From Proteobacteria bacterium SG_bin7 (lineage in GTDB: Bacteria > Bdellovibrionota > Bdellovibrionia > Bdellovibrionales > SG-bin7), in NCBI GenBank assembly GCA_002083485.1, contig LWDK01000030.1, positions 294,091 to 358,090 of the forward strand: a stretch of DNA of 64,000 nt. The letters run 5' to 3'. Below are positions 57,394 through 64,000 of this stretch, in pieces (within the stretch, counting starts at the first letter, position 1; each line of letters opens with the position of its first letter). The position numbers and the translations under genes were made by a program. Below the pieces are notes generated by a model. The model searched no databases, was not told the origin of the DNA, and saw only the letters and a list, made by a program, of their open reading frames with translations.

Positions 57394-57645
57394 TTAGAAT
57401 TGACCAGAAATGAGAAGGTCTAGAATTTGGTGATGTTGTTCTTTAATAGCAAGACGAATGGTTTGTGTATCTGACTTTCGTCCTTCTAAAAACAATGAAT
57501 CATAGGACGTTCGTACGCTTTTTACGATAGCTCCACTTCTAAAAACATGGCTCACAACAAGACGGTGGGCCGGGCCCCAGTCTTCTGTTTGAACGTGATA
57601 AGTGTTACCATTAATTTGGATATCGGAGTTGAGGCCTTTTTCCAT
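57394..57645 (-). CDS. small conserved-looking hypothetical protein
   Basis: 83 aa (INGNTYHVQTEDWGP...). 22 nt upstream of ftsE on the same strand. No assignable family. Confidence 0.4.
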   Translation of the reverse strand: MEKGLNSDIQINGNTYHVQTEDWGPAHRLVVSHVFRSGAIVKSVRTSYDSLFLEGRKSDTQTIRLAIKEQHHQILDLLISGQF

Positions 57646-57725
57646 CTGAGAAAACTATAACTTAAAACAAAGACTGTTTCAATTTGATACTCGAATTTGG
57701 GGTCGAAAATGCCGATAAAATAAAG

Positions 57726-59501
57726 ATGCGACGGAAGCAAGTCCCCTTTTTATTTTTACTATCAACTGCCTGTGTTTTCATTTATAACGGCTGTGGCCCC
57801 GAACCCAGCAACGGGCCTAATATTGTTGCGGAAAAGGCCTATTGCGGTTCCGCTATTTCTCAAACTGGAACCACCGTAACAATTACTGGGTCAGCTGGAT
57901 ATTTTTATCGAACCCCCGGAGCTTTAGGATTGGGCGCTGTTAGCGGAACCACTAAACCAATCCGCTACGCCGAATTTCACGTTGTCGATTCTGGTGGGAA
58001 TATCCAACAGTGCGGTGAAACTGACTCTAGCGGAAACTTTTCTTTTACGGTGACTCAAGGAACAGGCAGTCTCACCATCGAAATTATTTCGCGGGCTTAT
58101 AATTCTAATTCGAAAGTTAGTGTCTTGAACGACCCGACAAATAATGGTTATTATAAAATTACGAAATCATTCACGCCGAACTCTACGCAAAATGTAGGGT
58201 CAGTCACGGCCAGCGCAACGGGAAGTCTTGAGGGAGGCGCATTTAATATCTTAGACAAAATCCTAGACGCAAATTTGTTCTTAAAAAACAAAACCAGCGG
58301 TTGTGGCACCATCAGCGGCACCTACAATTCAGTTGCGTTTTCTTGTTCTCCTTTTGCTCCAGACTATAAAGCTGCAGTATATTGGAAGCCCGGTTTTAAC
58401 CCCAATACCTATTTGGGCTCGGCCGCAGACGAAACCCTTAGCTTTTATGATCCCGATGAAGACAAGATTTACATTTGCGGTGGAGTCAGTGGTGACGTCA
58501 ACAACAGCGATACAGACCACTTCGACAACTCAATTATTATACATGAGTATGGCCATTTTCTTGAAAATCATTACTCGGTCTCAGATTCTCCAGGAGGCTC
58601 ACATAGTGGAACCAAGGCCATGGATCCACGCCTCATGCTTAGTGAGGGGTTTCAAAACTTTTTTCAAGCTGCTGTTCAGTCGTTAAGTACGGATCCATTC
58701 TATATCGATACTGAGGGAAATGCCGACGGCGCAACAGGCGTCCTCTTTTATAAGTCGATAGAGTATAAATGTAACGCAGGAAACAATACATGCGGTTCCC
58801 CTTTCGATGCGGCGACGACCTCGGGAGAAGGAAATTTCCGCGAGTTTGCGATCTCGCGCGCGCTCTATGATATTGCCGACACAAACGACGACACTTTATC
58901 AACGACCGTTACCGAAAATATTGACGACAAGTTCGCAGAAATTTGGACGGCATTTACGGCCCTTAAAACGTTGCCCGTGCATTTTAGAAATATTGGACTA
59001 CTCTATAAAATTCAAGCGACGATTACCGGTGCAACAAATATTTCGAGTGCCTATGCAGGAGAGCTGCAGGTTGCGGATCTCTCTGGCTATTCTAGCCCAA
59101 ACGCCGGAGGGTCCTGCACTCCTTCAATAACGTCGAGCGCGGCAATAAACTCCCCCAACACAAACGACCCAAGCTGGCCCAATAACGGCGCGCTTTTTCT
59201 TTCGACCGATTCTTATGACTACGTAAGTTCTGGTGGTAGCACTACATTTACCCTTCAATATACGCCCGCAGGCAAGGACCTCGACATTCATATTTATAGA
59301 GAAGAGCATATATTGTTTTACACCGCCACAATGGTCGCCGCCGATATTCGCTCTTCTACCCAGGAAAATGGTAACATTTCCCTTTCAACATCACTTGCAG
59401 CTGGACATTACTTAATTTTGATTCACTATTATAATGGATCCGGCGCGTCGCCTACGTATACACTCAGAGCCAATGGAGTACAGTTATGTCCAGGCAGTTA
59501 A
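57726..59501 (+). CDS. lipoprotein, putative zinc metalloprotease with C-terminal pre-peptidase-like beta domain
   Basis: Signal/lipobox MRRKQVPFLFLLSTACVFIYNGC. IIIHEYGHFLENH HExxH motif. The C-terminal roughly 100 aa (FTLQYTPAGKDLDIHIY...YTLRANG) resembles a PPC domain. Confidence 0.55.
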   Translation: MRRKQVPFLFLLSTACVFIYNGCGPEPSNGPNIVAEKAYCGSAISQTGTTVTITGSAGYFYRTPGALGLGAVSGTTKPIRYAEFHVVDSGGNIQQCGETDSSGNFSFTVTQGTGSLTIEIISRAYNSNSKVSVLNDPTNNGYYKITKSFTPNSTQNVGSVTASATGSLEGGAFNILDKILDANLFLKNKTSGCGTISGTYNSVAFSCSPFAPDYKAAVYWKPGFNPNTYLGSAADETLSFYDPDEDKIYICGGVSGDVNNSDTDHFDNSIIIHEYGHFLENHYSVSDSPGGSHSGTKAMDPRLMLSEGFQNFFQAAVQSLSTDPFYIDTEGNADGATGVLFYKSIEYKCNAGNNTCGSPFDAATTSGEGNFREFAISRALYDIADTNDDTLSTTVTENIDDKFAEIWTAFTALKTLPVHFRNIGLLYKIQATITGATNISSAYAGELQVADLSGYSSPNAGGSCTPSITSSAAINSPNTNDPSWPNNGALFLSTDSYDYVSSGGSTTFTLQYTPAGKDLDIHIYREEHILFYTATMVAADIRSSTQENGNISLSTSLAAGHYLILIHYYNGSGASPTYTLRANGVQLCPGS

Positions 59502-59944
59502 TTTTAGTTTTACTCCTGCTTTTATCTTCTGTCTCATATGGAAAAAATAAAGGTATTTTTTCAACCGACCTGATTCCGTCAACCACAAAACATACGGACC
59601 CCAACGAGATAATTACATTCACGGGTAAATTTACTTCAGAAAGCGATTTTGATTTTGTTAACATTGAATGGAAATATGAAGGCAATGTCGAAGTTATATC
59701 GGGGCAAGTTAAAACTACAGTTGATAATGTAAAGGCTAACCAACCAGAATCCGAAGAAATAAATGTCAGAATAAAAAATGTCGTTGGTGCTAAAATTATT
59801 TTTTGGGTTTACAAAGACGTAGATGGTTCACGCATTGGCAAAACACATATTTATGTTCCTGAAATCAAGTCTATCGATGCTAAGGGTTTCGAAAAAAACA
59901 AAGCAAAAACCTTCCGAATCAAGAGCAAAAAAATCTTTCAGTAA
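59486..59944 (+). CDS. hypothetical small secreted protein
   Basis: Signal peptide MSRQLILVLLLLLSSVSYG. 152 aa. 16-nt overlap with the upstream protease gene. Confidence 0.5.
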   Translation: MSRQLILVLLLLLSSVSYGKNKGIFSTDLIPSTTKHTDPNEIITFTGKFTSESDFDFVNIEWKYEGNVEVISGQVKTTVDNVKANQPESEEINVRIKNVVGAKIIFWVYKDVDGSRIGKTHIYVPEIKSIDAKGFEKNKAKTFRIKSKKIFQ

Positions 59945-61876
59945 CTACGTAGGTTTGTTTTCAATGATTGACTTTAGTTCAATCCTAAGTTCAGAAAGAT
60001 TACCTACAACCATCACAGCACCCAATTGAATCGCCGCTTTTGGCATTCCGAACACTACACATGACTCCTCATCCTGCGCTAAAGTCACGGCACCTTTCTT
60101 TCGCAGTTCGAGCATGCCCTGGGCGCCATCTTTTCCCATACCAGTTAACAATATGGCGCAGGCTCTGCTTGCTAAAAAAACTCCCGACCGAAAAAGACAA
60201 TCAACCGAGGGACGTACACCGTTAATTGCTGCCATATGCGTGGTCTTAATACAAATATCATGACCCTTTTCATTAATTTCAATGTGGTTGTCAGCGTGAG
60301 CCATGTATATGGTACCAGGCTTTAAAACAGTACCATTAGCAGCTTCCTGTAACCCTAGTCCACTTAACCGACAAAGCCGTTCGTGAAAAGGTTTTGCGTA
60401 ATTTAAATTTATATGTTGAACAATTACAATGGGAGGACAGTCGGATGACATTTTTTCTAGAAGTCGAATCAAAGCCTCTGTACCGCCCGTACTTGAACCA
60501 ATCATAATTACTGAAGGCCGCTTTGGTTTTATCTTCAATTTAGGTTCGAAGACCCCAGCACCACTTTTGGATTTTTTATCTCGCTTATTGTGATAAGTAT
60601 CAATAATCGCCTTTAGCCCCTCAACTACCCGACGTGGATTACTCATTAAATTTTCTTTTTCAAAGTAATCTTGAGCTCCACTTCCAAGCGCGTTTAAGAC
60701 TGATTTTGTTTCAGATGGGTCGGCCCCACTAATAATTACTACTGGAATCTGCAGCCCACTGCCTCTCTGTTGCGACAGCCACGTCTGCCCGTCCATTCCT
60801 GGCATATGGAGATCGAGGGTAATCAAACTCACCTTTTCTCGCCTCAAGAACTCAGTCGCTTCGGCGGCGGAACTAACTGCCTCTACCCTAAAACCTTCTT
60901 TAACTAACAAATTTGTCAAACCGTTGCGAATTGTCTTCGAATCATCGACAACAAGAATTCGTGGCTGGGAACTTTTTCCTTCAAAGGGAACTTTTCCCTC
61001 AATAACATAAATTGATTTTCCCAAGTCTTTCAACTCATGTTTGTCGGCCTCCACGAAGTCGCTCGTGCCAACAACAAAAACTCCGCCTGGTTTTAACAAT
61101 CGAAGTAAGTTTGCCACAATGGTATTCATGACCCCTGGCTCAAAGTAGATGAGCGCGTTTCGGCAAACAACAATATCAAACAAAACAGCAACGCTTTGTT
61201 TTTCCCGTAAATTAGCAACGCCAAAATCGCAGCGCTTTCTTATTTCTTTATCAACAGTGAAAAATCCCTCTGTTCTTCCAGTCCCCATCAATATGAACTT
61301 GCGATATTTTTGCGGAATAGACTGAATCGCGGGCTCTGCTTTGTAAATTGCTTTCTTACCCTTTGCAATACTAATAGGGTCAATATCGTGCCCAAGAATC
61401 TTGTAGTCAAATTTTGGATAGTCCTCGCGAATAAGCTCGCACATCAAACCAAATGAATAAACTTCTTCTCCCGTAGAGCTTGCGGCACAGTAAATTGCCA
61501 AGGGCCGAGTTAAAAATTCTTCGATATTTTCTCTGACCATCCTTTCCAGCTCATTGTAATGGGGGAGCTCACGAAACCAACTCGTGGTATGAATGGTTAG
61601 TGCTGAAACCAGATGTTGGCGCTCTCCAGGGTCGGATTCGGCAAAATGCAAATATTCCGTGACGCTTGAAATTCCAGTCTCATGCATGCGCCTTTCAATA
61701 TTGTTCAATAAAATATCTTTGCGGTAACGACCCCTTTGGGAGGTGCCGGTGATTCGCTCGGCGTGCGCATAGATAATTGCACATTCATACTGATTAAATT
61801 TGGGCGAGGATGTCCCTTCGTCGCGATCCGCGTTTGCCACCGGTGGTTTTATCGCTAAGTTGCGTGCGCCACTCAT
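59945..61876 (-). CDS. CheR methyltransferase - receiver - CheB methylesterase fusion protein
   Basis: N-terminal CheR (TSWFRE, IYCAASSTGEEVYS, VCRNALIYF). Central REC (ILVVDDSKTIR...LITLDLHMPGMDG). C-terminal CheB (GSSTGG Ser, VQHI His, GMGKDG Asp). Confidence 0.85.
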   Translation of the reverse strand: MSGARNLAIKPPVANADRDEGTSSPKFNQYECAIIYAHAERITGTSQRGRYRKDILLNNIERRMHETGISSVTEYLHFAESDPGERQHLVSALTIHTTSWFRELPHYNELERMVRENIEEFLTRPLAIYCAASSTGEEVYSFGLMCELIREDYPKFDYKILGHDIDPISIAKGKKAIYKAEPAIQSIPQKYRKFILMGTGRTEGFFTVDKEIRKRCDFGVANLREKQSVAVLFDIVVCRNALIYFEPGVMNTIVANLLRLLKPGGVFVVGTSDFVEADKHELKDLGKSIYVIEGKVPFEGKSSQPRILVVDDSKTIRNGLTNLLVKEGFRVEAVSSAAEATEFLRREKVSLITLDLHMPGMDGQTWLSQQRGSGLQIPVVIISGADPSETKSVLNALGSGAQDYFEKENLMSNPRRVVEGLKAIIDTYHNKRDKKSKSGAGVFEPKLKIKPKRPSVIMIGSSTGGTEALIRLLEKMSSDCPPIVIVQHINLNYAKPFHERLCRLSGLGLQEAANGTVLKPGTIYMAHADNHIEINEKGHDICIKTTHMAAINGVRPSVDCLFRSGVFLASRACAILLTGMGKDGAQGMLELRKKGAVTLAQDEESCVVFGMPKAAIQLGAVMVVGNLSELRIELKSIIENKPT

Positions 61877-61945
61877 GAAAATCCTCTCTATATTTTATCG
61901 ACTTAAAAAGACTAATCCCTTAGGTATTTCAGGTTAGTCTCAAAC

Positions 61946-62506
61946 TTAGAAAGCAATTTCAACTTTTATTTCAGGGTTAAATTCATCTCGCAAAATAGAT
62001 TCGATCGCCATGAGTGTTCCTTGAGACGAACTAGGACAAGTTCCACAGGCTCCTTGATATATAACCTCTAGAATATTGTTTTTATATGAGACAATTTCAA
62101 TATCACCACCGTCGCCTTGGAGGCCAGGTCGAATTGTGCGGTCCAAAATATCTTCGATCCTCACTATTTCGGGGTCGTCTGATCTTGAGACACGCTTAGG
62201 CGCATTAGCCAGTTCAAAATCAGGATTGTGGACTGGCATATCCCTCTTTATAATAGCGCACACTTCCGCTTCATGCTCGGTCGGATCGGTATCCTCACTA
62301 AAAGTCACGGTAATAAAGTTTTCATAAAAATGTAATTGTGTCACACCCTTTAAATCAAAAAGGTCCCACGCCAGCCGCACCTGCTCCGCTTCGTCTTTTG
62401 ATGATATCGTAGCCTTACCCTGTTTTTTGACGTCTCGGTTTAAAATAAATTTGAGAGCTTTAGGATTCGGAGTCGGCTGGACATGTATTAGTAAATCATC
62501 ACTCAT
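61946..62506 (-). CDS. Nfu-type Fe-S cluster scaffold/carrier (Nfu_N + NifU C-terminal domain)
   Basis: The N-terminal PTPNPKALKF resembles Nfu_N. C-terminal GGDIEIV...ACGTCPSS CxxC motif. Confidence 0.8.
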   Translation of the reverse strand: MSDDLLIHVQPTPNPKALKFILNRDVKKQGKATISSKDEAEQVRLAWDLFDLKGVTQLHFYENFITVTFSEDTDPTEHEAEVCAIIKRDMPVHNPDFELANAPKRVSRSDDPEIVRIEDILDRTIRPGLQGDGGDIEIVSYKNNILEVIYQGACGTCPSSSQGTLMAIESILRDEFNPEIKVEIAF

Positions 62507-63714
62507 AATAACAACTCCCTAGCTTTTTCGACAGCCACAATCATCCTATCAACGTCTGATTTGTTATTATAAATACCAAAAGATGCACGTACGACAGCGT
62601 GCACCGCCAGTTTTCGCATTAATATTTGTGCGCAATGGTGGCCAGCCCGTACTGCGACTCCCATCTGATCTACAACACTCGCAACATCGCTCGCATGTAC
62701 GCCCTCAATATTAAAAGATATAATTGCAGCTTTTTCTTTAGGCTTTCCATAAATTTTGACGCCCTTTATTTCTCGTAACTTTGAATCCATATAACTACGC
62801 AGATCAAGTTCAAGTTTTGAGATATTTTCAAAACCAATCGCTTCTAAAAACTCGATCGCCTTACCAAAAGCAATTACACCAGAAATATTTGGTGTACCCG
62901 CTTCGAATCGAAAAGGTACGTCTGCGAACGTAATATTTTCTATTTTTACTTCGTCTATCATACCGCCGCCACCATGAAAGGGCGGCATTTTCTCTAGCAA
63001 TCCACTTTTCCCATACAGAACGCCGACTCCAAATGGTCCCATCATTTTATGCGCCGAAAAGGCTAGAAAATCGCAGTCTAATTCCCGTACATCTACTCGC
63101 ATAAATGCCATGGCTTGGGCGGCATCAATGACCGTCAATATGTTTTTATTTTTTGCTAACTTACAAATTTTCTGAATGGGATTAATCGTTCCTAAAACGT
63201 TTGAAATATACGTTAGGGATATTATTTTAGTTTTTTTGGTAATCAAAGATTCAAGGTGATCCAAATCAAGCTCACCACTTTCATCAACGGAAATCATTTT
63301 CAATACTAATCCCATTTTTTTTGCAGCCATGTACCATGGAACGATATTGGAATGATGCTCCATCTCGCTCAAAATAATTTCATCACCTGATTTCAAAAAG
63401 GAACTTGTTAAAGAATTTGCCAATAAATTAACACTGTCTGTTGTTCCTGAAGTAAAAATTATTTCAGAACTAGAAGAAGCGTTTATAAATTTACAAGTTA
63501 GAGCACGCACCCTCTCGAAGTTCTCCGTTGCCGTCGCGCTTAATTCATGCGCGGCGCGATGCACATTCGCATTCTCGAAGTTATAAAACTGACTGAGCCT
63601 CTCGACTACAGACTGTGGCTTTAAACTTGTGGCCGCCGAGTCAAGGTATACCAGAGACTTACCATGTACTTTTGTTCCTAGTATGGGAAACTCCGAGCGA
63701 ATTTTTTCAATCAT
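62503..63714 (-). CDS. sufS: cysteine desulfurase, SufS type
   Basis: PLP lysine FSAHKM, catalytic RAGHHCAQ and RAAHELS. The ATG at 63714 forms an ATGA overlap with the sufD stop. Confidence 0.88.
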   Translation of the reverse strand: MIEKIRSEFPILGTKVHGKSLVYLDSAATSLKPQSVVERLSQFYNFENANVHRAAHELSATATENFERVRALTCKFINASSSSEIIFTSGTTDSVNLLANSLTSSFLKSGDEIILSEMEHHSNIVPWYMAAKKMGLVLKMISVDESGELDLDHLESLITKKTKIISLTYISNVLGTINPIQKICKLAKNKNILTVIDAAQAMAFMRVDVRELDCDFLAFSAHKMMGPFGVGVLYGKSGLLEKMPPFHGGGGMIDEVKIENITFADVPFRFEAGTPNISGVIAFGKAIEFLEAIGFENISKLELDLRSYMDSKLREIKGVKIYGKPKEKAAIISFNIEGVHASDVASVVDQMGVAVRAGHHCAQILMRKLAVHAVVRASFGIYNNKSDVDRMIVAVEKARELLL

Positions 63715-64000
63715 CGCAATTCCCCCCGTAACTGTGGCCAACTTGAAACAATCATTCCCTTTACCATACCCGAAATCGAATTACCCACGTATTGATCTAT
63801 CACTTCATTTACAAATGCGTCGGCCAACATATCATGAGCCGTCTCTTGCGGAATTCCTCGGCTTGTTAGATAAAAGATCTCGTTCGGATTTAAGCTGCCA
63901 ATCGTCATCCCATGATTAGCCTTCACGTTATCAGTCAGTATCTCAAGTTGAGGTCGACTTATCGCTTCGGCTTTTTTACTCACAATCAAGTTTCTGTTTA
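63711..64000 (-). CDS. sufD: Fe-S cluster assembly protein SufD (C-terminal part; gene runs off the window)
   Basis: PQLEILTDNVKANHGMTIGSLNPNEIFYLTSRGI matches the SufB/D C-terminal beta-helix signature. The reading frame stays open to the window edge. Confidence 0.7.
   Translation of the reverse strand, partial: NRNLIVSKKAEAISRPQLEILTDNVKANHGMTIGSLNPNEIFYLTSRGIPQETAHDMLADAFVNEVIDQYVGNSISGMVKGMIVSSWPQLRGELR

Noticed and set aside
57711-57718. Perfect GCCGATAA, the sigma-28 -10 consensus, upstream of the lipoprotein protease gene.
   Set aside because: The expected TAAA -35 element 15 nt upstream is absent (CGAA instead). The motif ends only 7 nt before the ATG, leaving no room for a leader with an RBS.
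1-64000. Search for tRNA, rRNA, tmRNA, CRISPR arrays, IS elements or transposases, integrases, and riboswitches (FMN upstream of ribD, for example).
   Set aside because: Reading the intergenic regions by eye, I found none of the following. There were no T-loop/acceptor-like structures. There were no spaced direct repeats and no terminal inverted repeats flanking a transposase-like ORF. There was no FMN-element-like sequence upstream of ribD. An Infernal/tRNAscan run would be needed to exclude them formally.

Overview
AT-rich (about 40% GC by eye), gene-dense bacterial chromosomal segment with about 65 credible CDS. I recognised no rRNA, tRNA, CRISPR array, IS element or prophage. Contents in order:

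- **(1) 609-10612:** a leucine/isovalerate catabolic cluster bracketed by peptidases. It holds methylcrotonyl-CoA carboxylase, with the alpha subunit split into BC and BCCP genes, plus a hydratase and HMG-CoA lyase.
- **(2) 12377-16897:** a six-gene pantothenate/CoA operon: panG-like, panB, panC, coaBC, coaX, panD.
- **(3) Housekeeping genes:** ribD, xthA, dCMP deaminase, peroxiredoxin, clpP-clpX-lon, pepA, tig, ftsEX with an envC-like gene and ctpA, and sufD-sufS-nfu.
- **(4) 25.2-30.3 kb:** an accessory stretch of secreted metalloproteases and lipoproteins, a TIGR02147/DUF4423-like regulator, and a 0.8-kb gap without a convincing gene.
- **(5) Unusual items:**
  - a CheR-REC-CheB single-polypeptide fusion with no chemotaxis neighbours;
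  - a tightly coupled five-gene operon of two ArsA/Get3-like ATPases, a TPR lipoprotein, an EI24/CysZ-like membrane protein and a rare-type glutamate-cysteine ligase;
  - a 2-Cys peroxiredoxin translationally coupled to a glutathionylspermidine-synthase-like ATP-grasp ligase;
  - a divergent 606-aa SelO-like protein in an operon with hldD and a long-form aromatic amino acid hydroxylase.

Five of the eight convergent gene junctions abut, lie 1 nt apart or share overlapping stop codons (CTAG/TTAA).

The window has about a dozen peptidases, many signal-peptide proteins and a HAD-IG nucleotidase. This points to a Bdellovibrio-like predatory bacterium, but that is inference and cannot be verified without a database search. 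All functional calls rest on motifs read from the supplied translations. No similarity search was run.
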